From Desulfofustis sp. (GTDB lineage: Bacteria; Desulfobacterota; Desulfobulbia; Desulfobulbales; Desulfocapsaceae), in the NCBI GenBank assembly GCA_022340565.1, contig JAJDNR010000080.1, positions 2,846-66,845 on the forward strand: 64,000 nt of DNA, given 5' to 3'. Shown here one piece after another: positions 56,285-64,000 of the stretch. The notes below the pieces were generated by a model. It did not search any database and was not told the DNA's origin. It worked only from the letters and a program-made list of their open reading frames with translations. Every line of letters starts with the position of its first letter. Positions within the stretch are counted from its first letter, which is position 1. A program made the translations under genes and the position numbers.

Positions 56285-58683
56285 AAGCGGTTTCCGGTTA
56301 TTGCAGACTTTTGCAGAATAATTGTGAAAACGGCGCCGCCGCCGTCCCGGTTCGCGGCACTGATCGAGCCGCCAAAACCCTTGATTAAATTGTACGAGAT
56401 CGACAGACCAAGTCCCAGTCCCTGGCCCACCTCCTTGGTAGTATAGAACGGATCGAAGACGATATTGGCCTCCCGGGCGGCGAGCCCGGGTCCGTTATCG
56501 ATGATATCGATTACCACGCCGCCGTTTCTTTCCCCCGTGACGATGGTTATCTCACGATGATCGGGCGGATTGCGGAGCACCGCATCGATGGCGTTGCCGA
56601 TTACGTTCAACAGCACCTGCTCGAGTCCGGTTATTTCTCCGTACCCCTGCAGCCGGGGCTCACCGTCGTCCCTGGTTATCTGGATATGGTGCTTTGCGAG
56701 CTTTCCGCCGACAATCTCCAGTGAACGGTCGATGACCTCAATGAGGTCGACGGTTCCCAGACCGTCCTGCCGGCGCCGGGCGAAGTTCTTCAGATGGTTG
56801 ATCATTGAGGCCATGCGCTCGATGAGTTCCTCGATCTTGTCAAGATTTTCCTTGTGAAGCACGATCTCATCCCGCTCCAGGAGTTTTCCGGCATTGTGCA
56901 GGTAGTATCTGATCGCCGAAAGCGGCTGGTTCAGTTCGTGGGCGATGCCTGCGGAGAGCTGGCCGAGTGCCGCCAGTTTGCCGGCCTGGACCAGTTCATC
57001 CTGGACCCGTTTTCTCTCCGTCATCTCTTCCCGTAACTGTTTATTGATGCGATGAAGATGCTCGGTTTTATCCCGTACCCGGATCCGCAGCAGTTCTTGG
57101 GCATGTTCCCGTTCGGTCACATCGTGGACGGTTATCATCAGCCGGATGGAGTTTCTCTGCTGCACCCTGGTGATGAATATGTCGGAGGGAAAACTCGTAC
57201 CATCGATCTTGAGCGTACGGTAAGTGGCGACATCGTGCGCCTCGCAGGCTTCTTTCAGGATGTTCGAACAGGTGTCTGCAAACCGTCCTCGGTCGCCCGC
57301 CTCCACAATCGTAAAGACCGATGCCCCGGCAAGCTCATCCGGCTTCACGCCGAACAGCTCCTCGGCTTTAGGGTTCATCGCATGAATGGTGCCGTCCGGA
57401 TTCGAGAGAATCAGACCGACGGCCGCATTGTCGATAATTGCTTGGGCGTTGGCCTCTTCCACTTCCACCGCCGTATCCCTGAATCTTTTGAGGGCCTCGG
57501 CCATGCGGCCGATCTCGTCCTTGCCGCCGACCAGCACCTCATGGGAAAGATCTCCTCCGGAGATAGCCAGCATGCTTTTGCTCAGGTCGGAGAGTCTCAT
57601 CACGATGGAGCCGCGCACATAGAACCACATGACCGCCGCAACCGTTATGAAGCTCAGCAGAATCGTCAGGATCAGTGCGGTGTGGGCCCGCTTCAAGGTC
57701 GTGCTGGTACTTTGAACTGCGGTATTCACTTTTTCTTCCGACTCGGCGACCAGTTCATCGATGATTCGATTCAGTTCCGACACATGGATACGGTTATGGA
57801 TCAGAATCTGCTGCCCTTCTCTATCGTAGTCGATGATGGTGGCCTTCACCGAGAACACAGAATCCCCGCCGATTGCCAGATCCCGGACATAGGCCAGCGT
57901 CTGTCTCAAAGTATGGGAGCTGACATCATCCTGCAGTCCACCGATATCCTGCAGGGTGGACAAAATAGATTCCTCCGCCAGCAGTGCCATATTGTCGAGA
58001 CGGTCACGGTTGCTGATGGTCGCCGCCTGCATCATCAGATTGACCAGGATCGCGCTGTCCGAGCGGGTGGTCTGGATGGCCTCCTCGACATCCATCAAAT
58101 GGTGCAGGGCGTTTGTTGACACGGTCATCGATCCGGAAGCAGCGCTATCCACTATTCGTTCAACTTCCGCGTCGACGTTGTAGGCGTAATCCTGGCTGAG
58201 CGGATCGAGTTCTCCCATCAAATCGGCATACAGCCAGCGCAGCCGCTCCATTTTTCTCTCCAGGATCCGCTGCTGGTCGACTTGAAGTGCCACGATTTTC
58301 TGCAGATTATCGAGATTGGTCTGCAGTCTGATGACCACTTTTTCGACCCTGCTGCGCAGCTCCGACTGGGGGATCGTCAGCGCCTGCAGCTGTTCTGAGA
58401 GCTGCTGAAGCAAACGGTCGAGATCCTTTTTCACTTCCTCGCGCATGTCATCGTCAGGGGCGGAAAGAATGGCGGGAGCCACCGCGACGATCTCGCCACC
58501 GATTCTCGCGAAGTCCGCTACCTGAATGATCTCCGGCAGGTGCTCCTCGGCGATCTCTTTCATGAGGGTCGATGAATGGTTGAATATCAGCAAGGCCATG
58601 ACGCTGACCAGGAGGGTCAGAGAGGAGATGAAGACAAAAGCGAGAAGCAGCTTTGTCCAGATATTTGCCCGAGCCGTGATCAT
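56281..58683 (-). CDS. membrane sensor histidine kinase (large periplasmic domain, HAMP, PAS, HisKA, HATPase)
   Basis: Two TM segments flank a helical region of about 300 aa. The HAMP block is DEIGRMAEALKRF, the H-box is LSAGIAHELNQPLSAI, and the G-boxes are DNGPGL and GQGLGLGLS. Its stop overlaps the regulator start. Confidence 0.85.
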   Translation of the reverse strand: MITARANIWTKLLLAFVFISSLTLLVSVMALLIFNHSSTLMKEIAEEHLPEIIQVADFARIGGEIVAVAPAILSAPDDDMREEVKKDLDRLLQQLSEQLQALTIPQSELRSRVEKVVIRLQTNLDNLQKIVALQVDQQRILERKMERLRWLYADLMGELDPLSQDYAYNVDAEVERIVDSAASGSMTVSTNALHHLMDVEEAIQTTRSDSAILVNLMMQAATISNRDRLDNMALLAEESILSTLQDIGGLQDDVSSHTLRQTLAYVRDLAIGGDSVFSVKATIIDYDREGQQILIHNRIHVSELNRIIDELVAESEEKVNTAVQSTSTTLKRAHTALILTILLSFITVAAVMWFYVRGSIVMRLSDLSKSMLAISGGDLSHEVLVGGKDEIGRMAEALKRFRDTAVEVEEANAQAIIDNAAVGLILSNPDGTIHAMNPKAEELFGVKPDELAGASVFTIVEAGDRGRFADTCSNILKEACEAHDVATYRTLKIDGTSFPSDIFITRVQQRNSIRLMITVHDVTEREHAQELLRIRVRDKTEHLHRINKQLREEMTERKRVQDELVQAGKLAALGQLSAGIAHELNQPLSAIRYYLHNAGKLLERDEIVLHKENLDKIEELIERMASMINHLKNFARRRQDGLGTVDLIEVIDRSLEIVGGKLAKHHIQITRDDGEPRLQGYGEITGLEQVLLNVIGNAIDAVLRNPPDHREITIVTGERNGGVVIDIIDNGPGLAAREANIVFDPFYTTKEVGQGLGLGLSISYNLIKGFGGSISAANRDGGGAVFTIILQKSAITGNRL

Positions 58684-58699
58684 CGGTTTGCCTTCCGGT

Positions 58700-60076
58700 T
58701 CATCTCAGCGGCGGGTTGGTATCGGTTTCGCGCCGTACGATCAACTTGTCGGCGGTTTGGAGTTGCCTGGTTACGAAATGTTCCCAGTCGTCAAGCAGGT
58801 TTCGTTTCTGCTGGCGTTGTTCCGCGGACAGCGAAGCAGAGGTGAAGAGTTCATTGATTTCCGGATCGAGGCTCTGGCGATCTGTCACGGGCATTTTGGA
58901 AACCTCGTCGATGACTTGCCGCTTCAACCGCTCCATTTCTTCCGGATCGCTGTGATTCGATTTGGCGAGATCGATCAGCTTTTTCCATAACCGTTTTCGT
59001 TCCAACAGCCGATAGGTGATCAATTCGTCGAACAGCACATTGACCAGGCTGTACCTGACGGTCGACAGACCAGTGTCGTAGCTGCGGGTTTTTTCCCGTC
59101 GTATAAGGTTTATCAGCGGCAGGGCGGCTTCCTGATGACCCACGAACGGCTCCCTGGAGACGGGCAGCCGGTTGATTTCCGGTTGCAGCAGAACCTTCTG
59201 ACCATCGACGGAGAGCAGGAAATCGATGAATGCGACGGCGGCTTCCACATTCCTGCCGTCTTGAAGGGCGGCGATACGGGCGGGCATCACGTAGGTCGGA
59301 TCCCCGTATTCGAATTGATTGACCGGGTCGAGATGAATCTTCGCATGGGCAAGGAAGTCGATCATAAGGCCAGCGCCGAACCTGCCACCGGCGACTCCAT
59401 CGGGCACGCTGAAACTGCGGGCGGTGATGGTCTTCATGTTGCCGGCGATGGTCATCAGATAGGTCCATCCTTTCTCCCAGCCCATATCCTGAAGGATTGA
59501 TTCGACAATCAGGTGATTTGTTCCGGACCGCGACGGTGTCGACATGGCCAGCTGGCCGTAAAAACGGGGATGGGTGAGGTCCTGCCATGATCGGGGCGGC
59601 CCGATTCCTCCCTCGTCGAGGGTCGCTCTGTTCCACATAAAGCCAACGCCCGACAGTGCAAAGTTGTAGAACCAGCCCTGCTCGTCGAAATAGGGCTGGG
59701 TGGGGCTGATCGGCGGATAGTGGGCGATGTAATCGAGATACCTCAGCCGACCCGCCTGTTTCAGAACCACGAACGCATCCGGCGACGAAGACCAGAACAG
59801 GTCGAAACGGCGCTCGTTGCCCCTGATGATCTCGTCGATCGCGGCGGTCGTTTTCTTGTTTAGGACCTGAACCTTGATATCGGGTCTGAGTTCTCTAAAT
59901 TTGGCTATGAACGGCACGTAGAACTGAGGTGAAAAGGAGGTAATGATTGCCAGCGTCTTCTGCTGGTTTTGAGCCGGATCAGCAGAAACAGCGGGATTTG
60001 CGAATAACAAAACCGACAGCAGCGACACGCTGATGCGTATCATTGCTATAACCATAGTGCCCGCGGTGATGTTCAT
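58700..60076 (-). CDS. periplasmic solute-binding protein (PBP2, iron/polyamine-type) with C-terminal helical extension
   Basis: Signal peptide ISVSLLSVLLFANPAVSA, a type-2 periplasmic binding fold of about 330 aa, then a coiled tail of about 100 aa. No ABC permease or ATPase gene nearby; it sits directly upstream of the sensor kinase. Confidence 0.75.
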   Translation of the reverse strand: MNITAGTMVIAMIRISVSLLSVLLFANPAVSADPAQNQQKTLAIITSFSPQFYVPFIAKFRELRPDIKVQVLNKKTTAAIDEIIRGNERRFDLFWSSSPDAFVVLKQAGRLRYLDYIAHYPPISPTQPYFDEQGWFYNFALSGVGFMWNRATLDEGGIGPPRSWQDLTHPRFYGQLAMSTPSRSGTNHLIVESILQDMGWEKGWTYLMTIAGNMKTITARSFSVPDGVAGGRFGAGLMIDFLAHAKIHLDPVNQFEYGDPTYVMPARIAALQDGRNVEAAVAFIDFLLSVDGQKVLLQPEINRLPVSREPFVGHQEAALPLINLIRREKTRSYDTGLSTVRYSLVNVLFDELITYRLLERKRLWKKLIDLAKSNHSDPEEMERLKRQVIDEVSKMPVTDRQSLDPEINELFTSASLSAEQRQQKRNLLDDWEHFVTRQLQTADKLIVRRETDTNPPLR

Positions 60077-60299
60077 GGTCGTTTTTTCAGGGTATCCTCC
60101 ATTTATTGGCTACTCATGAATCATAATTAGTTTGTTATAATAATAATTTAGATAGAAAATCAGCAACCAGAACGATCCGCCGTCCCAAAACCGTGGCATA
60201 CTGGCCAACACACCACGTACTAAGAAATTCACCGATTCGGAAAAAAATACAAGCGTTGTATGAGCATGATAGCGAAGCAGATTCAGAAAAAGTTCGGGT

Positions 60300-60328
60300 A
60301 GCGGTGACGGTGCGGTACCGTCACCGCT
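60300..60328 (-). terminator. hairpin terminator candidate downstream of the patB-like gene
   Basis: AGCGGTGACGGT-GCGGT-ACCGTCACCGCT: perfect 12-bp stem, 36 nt past the stop at 60364. There is a T-run on the plus side and a delayed T-run on the minus side. Confidence 0.45.
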
Positions 60329-60363
60329 TTTCCCGATCCTCCTTGGGTTTCCGCAACGGGGTT

Positions 60364-61566
60364 CTACAAGGTTTTCAATGCCGATTCGATCTGTTCCAGT
60401 GCCCGCTCCAGCTTGCTGCGGGGACAGGCAAAATTCAGGCGCTGGAATCCCGATCCCCCGGAACCGAACACGTAGCCGTCGTCGAGGCCGACCTTGGCGG
60501 TTCTCCGCATGAACGCTCTGAGTTCACGGTCGGAAAGCTTCAGTCGCCTGCAGTCCAGCCAGGCCAGGTAGGTCCCTTGCGGCGGGCAGACCGTGATGGG
60601 CTCGAGGCGGGTGCGGCAGAATTCAACCAGCAGGCTGCGGTTGCCTTCCAGATAGGTACGCAGTTCCCTCAGCCATGGATCCCCGTGCCTGAAGGCGGCC
60701 TCCATGGCGGTGAGTCCATACACATTAGGGGTCGACAGGAAGCCGGCGGTGCGCTCCTTGAATACCGCCCGGATCCGGGGATCGGGAATGATCAGCACCG
60801 AGGCCTTGAGGCCTGCCAGGTTGAAGGTCTTGCTCGGTGAGAAGCAGGTGATGGTGCGGCGGGCGATGTCTTCGCCCAGGGTTGCCGTGGCGGTGTGGGT
60901 GTGTCCGCAGAACAGCAGTTCCGCATGGATCTCGTCGGAGACGAGGACGGCGTCGTGGTCGATAACGATCCGGGCCGTGCGTTCCAGTTCCTCTCTGGTC
61001 CAGACCCGGCCCACCGGATTGTGGGGGCTGCACAGCAGCATCAGCCTGGCCCTGCTCGGCTCGGGCCTGAGACCCGAGTCGTCGGGTTTGAAGGCTCGCT
61101 CCAGCCCGGCGAAGTCGATACCATAGGTCCCGTTCCGCTCGATCAGGGGATTTTCGATGATTTTGCAGCCGTTGTTTCTGATCGCCGAGAAAAACGGGTA
61201 GTAGACCGGCGGCTGCAGGATCACCCCGTCACCGGGGCTGGTGAAGGCCCTGATGATCATATGCAGGGCATGGACGATGCCGGTTGAAAACACCAGCCAG
61301 CTCCTGTCGACATGCCAGCCGAACTTCGTCCGCAGCCGGTCGATGACCGCCTGCTTGAGCGAATCGCCCTCGAAGGTGTAGCCATACACCCCATGTCCGG
61401 CACGTTTTACGATCGCCTCGGTGATCGGGGCGGCAACCTCGAAATCCATGTCGGCAACCCACATCGGCAGGATATCGGAGGTTCCGAAAATGGCGGGAGC
61501 CCCGTCCCATTGTGCGGAGTCGCTCTGCATCCTGTCGACGACGCGGTCGAATTGTCTGGCATCCAT
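60364..61566 (-). CDS. MalY/PatB-type PLP-dependent C-S lyase (class I/II aminotransferase fold)
   Basis: N-terminal DRMQSDSAQWDG...ILPMWVADMDFEVAAPI and FSPSKTFNLAGL (PLP-lysine block) are typical of cystathionine beta-lyase PatB/MalY. Confidence 0.85.
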   Translation of the reverse strand: MDARQFDRVVDRMQSDSAQWDGAPAIFGTSDILPMWVADMDFEVAAPITEAIVKRAGHGVYGYTFEGDSLKQAVIDRLRTKFGWHVDRSWLVFSTGIVHALHMIIRAFTSPGDGVILQPPVYYPFFSAIRNNGCKIIENPLIERNGTYGIDFAGLERAFKPDDSGLRPEPSRARLMLLCSPHNPVGRVWTREELERTARIVIDHDAVLVSDEIHAELLFCGHTHTATATLGEDIARRTITCFSPSKTFNLAGLKASVLIIPDPRIRAVFKERTAGFLSTPNVYGLTAMEAAFRHGDPWLRELRTYLEGNRSLLVEFCRTRLEPITVCPPQGTYLAWLDCRRLKLSDRELRAFMRRTAKVGLDDGYVFGSGGSGFQRLNFACPRSKLERALEQIESALKTL

Positions 61567-61600
61567 ACTGCTCCCAATGGTTGAAGGGATGAAGGTCGTG

Positions 61601-62575
61601 TCAGCGGCAAAAGAGGGTGTCGACTCCGTTCAGATAGGTGGTTTCCGTCGTCGACCTGATGATTCTTTTTACCTGTTTTTCACGACCTGGAAAGGCGTGG
61701 CTGAAGTAGATCCACACCTGTTTCATGCGGCCCAGCAGATGGCCCGGGCCGGCCAGCTTCACCTTCAGCTGGCGGTACAGATCATCGTGAAAGCGGTGCA
61801 GCCGCTCGTCCCGTTCTCCGTCCGGACTCTGATAACCCTTGATCTGAGCCGGCAGGAACGGATTCATCAGCAGTCCCCGGCCGATCATCCAGTGAGTGAC
61901 GGAGTCGAAACGCCCGGCCAGCCTGGTAAACGCGTCAAGGCTGACGAGATCGCCGTTATACACGAGGGTATGGCGGGTGGCAATCCGGCATGCCTGGAAG
62001 TGATCAAGATCAACGCTGCCGCGGTAGAGCTGGGTTCCCAGACGGGCGTGGACGGTGATCGAGGCAAGCGGGTAGCTGTCGAGCCGCGGCAGCAGCGCCA
62101 GCGATTCCCGGTGATCCCGGTAGCCGAGCCGCATTTTGATCGACAGCGCGGGTTTCAGGTGCGGCAGGATCCGCTCGAGCAGCTCGACGATCGTCTCCGG
62201 GTACGGCAGCAGGCCCGACCCGCGCCGCTTGCCGGCCACCATTTTCACCGGACAGCCCAGGTTCCAGTTGATTTCGTCATATCCGAGATCATACAGCCGG
62301 TTTCCCAGAGAGATAAACCCCTCGGCATCGGTGTTGAGAATCTGCGGAATCAGCCTGATGCCGCACTTGTGTCCAGGCAGCAGATCGGCAACCAGCTTGT
62401 CCGGATAGCGGGGATTTTGTTGGGGGTTGATGAACGGCGCGACGGCCACATCGATTCCGCTGAAATGAGCGGTGAACACACGCCTGAACAGGGCATCGGT
62501 AATGCCCTTGAGCGGTGCCATGTAGATCGTGGGCGCGGTATGGTGCGGTGCGGTGTTCACAGACAGTTCGATCAA
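61601..62575 (-). CDS. tRNA-dihydrouridine synthase family protein
   Basis: MAPLKGITDALFR...EINWNLGCPVKMV...SIKMRLG...ITVHAR are Dus TIM-barrel blocks, including the catalytic Cys context. Confidence 0.85.
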   Translation of the reverse strand: MIELSVNTAPHHTAPTIYMAPLKGITDALFRRVFTAHFSGIDVAVAPFINPQQNPRYPDKLVADLLPGHKCGIRLIPQILNTDAEGFISLGNRLYDLGYDEINWNLGCPVKMVAGKRRGSGLLPYPETIVELLERILPHLKPALSIKMRLGYRDHRESLALLPRLDSYPLASITVHARLGTQLYRGSVDLDHFQACRIATRHTLVYNGDLVSLDAFTRLAGRFDSVTHWMIGRGLLMNPFLPAQIKGYQSPDGERDERLHRFHDDLYRQLKVKLAGPGHLLGRMKQVWIYFSHAFPGREKQVKRIIRSTTETTYLNGVDTLFCR

Positions 62576-62732
62576 TGGGACGGTTTTATAATTCCGTGCG
62601 AATGACCCTGGCGTGCGGCTTCCCTAAAGGAAGCGATTACGGTAAAAAGAGCAGAACGGGTCCGTCCAGGGACTCCGGATTTTATATGCGGCTCGCAGCC
62701 GAGTCAAGAATCATCGAACAGAAAAAACAGAT

Positions 62733-64000
62733 ATGTCGCCAGATACAGGCCGGTTCCCGTGCCGGTTGACCGATCCCCAGCGGCGGGTACTCGAGTGCCT
62801 CGCCGGATGCGCCCGGAGGCACGGAACCAGGGCTTACCTGGTAGGCGGCGCGGTCCGCGACATGCTGATGGGGGCGGGTGCGGAAGATCTCGATCTAGCG
62901 GTGCAGTCCGGCGCCTGCTGCCTCTTGCGCACGGTTCGGCGGGCGCTCGGAGCGGGCACGGTCATTGCGCTGGGAGAGCCGGAAAACGACACGGCACGGC
63001 TGGTGTACCAAGGCCTGAGCATCGACGTGTCGGGGTACCGGAAGGGGGCCGTGAACATCGAACAGGACCTGGCCCTCAGGGATTTCACGATCAACAGCAT
63101 GGCGGTGGAACTCGAGGCGCTGCTGAACCGGGATGGTCGATTCACGGTGATCGACCCCATGGACGGATGCCGGGATCTGGGGTTGCATCTCGTCAGGGGA
63201 TGCCCGGGCTGCTTCGATGACGATCCGCTGAGACTGCTGCGGGCCTACCGGTTTTCCGCCCAGCTGAATTTTCGGATTGACGACGACACGCGCCAAGCGA
63301 TCGAGGCACGGGCGGGGCTGCTGTGCGCCGTCGCCGCCGAGAGGATCGGCCATGAGCTCGATCTGGTCATGGCCTCGCCGCGGGCCTATGCGGCGATAAA
63401 GGAGATGCAGGCGGCCGGCCTGCTGGAGGTTCTGGTGCCGGAACTGTCCGCTGGCCGCCGGGTGACGCAGCCGCCGTTTCACCATCTCGACGTGATGGAG
63501 CATAACCTCAAGACGCTGGATTATGCCGAACGGATCATCGGCGATCCATGCGCCTACTTCGGCCAGGTGCGGGCGGCGGATTTCTCCGGGGCCCTGGCCA
63601 ACGACGGAGCCGTCGAGCTGAAATGGGCGGCGCTGCTCCACGACGTCGGCAAACCGGCGACCCGGGAGATCGACGACCTGCGGGACGGGCGCATCACCTT
63701 CTACAATCACGACGAACGAGGGGTCGACCTAATCGTCGCCATCGCACAGCGGCTACGGTGGAGCGGCCGCAGACTGAGACGGGTGGCCGCCCTGGTGAGG
63801 ATGCACATGCACCCGTTTCATCTGACCAACGTGCTGCTGCGGAACGAGAAGCTGAGCAGCCGCGCCAGACTGAAGCTGTGCCGACGCGCCGGCGGCGACC
63901 TGACCCTGCTGTTCATGCTCGCCATGGCGGACAGCCTGGCGGGGCAGGGGCCGGAGAAGCCGCCGGGGATCGAGCGGGAGCTGGCGTCGCTGTTCAGAGA
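62733..64000 (+). CDS. cca: CCA-adding enzyme / poly(A) polymerase family nucleotidyltransferase with HD domain (3' end outside window)
   Basis: Not in the ORF track because the frame has no stop before the window edge. Translation from the ATG at 62733 gives MSPDTGRFPCRLTDPQRRVLECLAGCARRHGTRAYLVGGAVRDMLMGAGAEDLDLAV, then later PPFHHLDVMEHNL...LLHDVGKP (HD domain). Confidence 0.8.
   Translation, partial: MSPDTGRFPCRLTDPQRRVLECLAGCARRHGTRAYLVGGAVRDMLMGAGAEDLDLAVQSGACCLLRTVRRALGAGTVIALGEPENDTARLVYQGLSIDVSGYRKGAVNIEQDLALRDFTINSMAVELEALLNRDGRFTVIDPMDGCRDLGLHLVRGCPGCFDDDPLRLLRAYRFSAQLNFRIDDDTRQAIEARAGLLCAVAAERIGHELDLVMASPRAYAAIKEMQAAGLLEVLVPELSAGRRVTQPPFHHLDVMEHNLKTLDYAERIIGDPCAYFGQVRAADFSGALANDGAVELKWAALLHDVGKPATREIDDLRDGRITFYNHDERGVDLIVAIAQRLRWSGRRLRRVAALVRMHMHPFHLTNVLLRNEKLSSRARLKLCRRAGGDLTLLFMLAMADSLAGQGPEKPPGIERELASLFR

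Noticed and set aside
62759-63710. Track ORFs 62759..63220 (+) and 62895..63710 (-)
   Set aside because: The real gene is in a third frame starting at 62733 and running off the window: AYLVGGAVRDMLMG...DLDLAV, then the HD domain. It is missing from the track only because it has no stop inside the window.
1-64000. CRISPR arrays, IS elements or transposases, prophage genes, rRNA genes and long direct or inverted repeats
   Set aside because: None were detected by eye. The only repeated coding modules are the paralogous receiver domains and the two phnE copies.

Overview
GC-rich bacterial chromosome segment: sampled 60-nt lines are about 60% G+C outside one low-GC block. Gene content (many sigma-54 regulators, selenocysteine use, an NAD-linked formate dehydrogenase, TRAP and TTT transporters) suggests an anaerobic Desulfobacterota/deltaproteobacterium-like organism; that is inference only. 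I support about 50 protein genes, one tRNA, two decayed genes and a few regulatory sites. Main content, in order: phnE x2; a roughly 6.6 kb low-GC block ending at tRNA-Val(CAC); glgP; a D-amino-acid-style catabolic cluster (dsdA, class IV aminotransferase, TRAP dctPQM, YgeY-like M20 hydrolase); osmC-like; recN; an aldo-keto reductase, VOC protein and D-lactate dehydrogenase group; a FdhA/NuoF/NuoE formate dehydrogenase module; a GAF kinase with four receiver proteins and a candidate sigma-54 promoter; a B12-type radical SAM RiPP-maturase-like gene next to an IlvD-family dehydratase; tctCBA with its own binding-protein/kinase/sigma-54 regulator set; and patB-like, dus and cca genes. Most noteworthy: (1) a SelW-like selenoprotein gene at 23908-24123, missing from the ORF track because of an in-frame UGA followed by a SECIS-like hairpin; (2) the low-GC block with a decayed LysR gene, a Zn-ribbon/HTH cassette and a 1062-codon orphan membrane protein; (3) a receiver-domain::NuoE fusion inside the formate dehydrogenase operon; (4) an orphan RiPP-type radical SAM enzyme with no visible precursor peptide. 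I saw no CRISPR array, IS element, integrase or rRNA gene. Many long ORFs in the track are antisense artefacts of GC-rich coding DNA.
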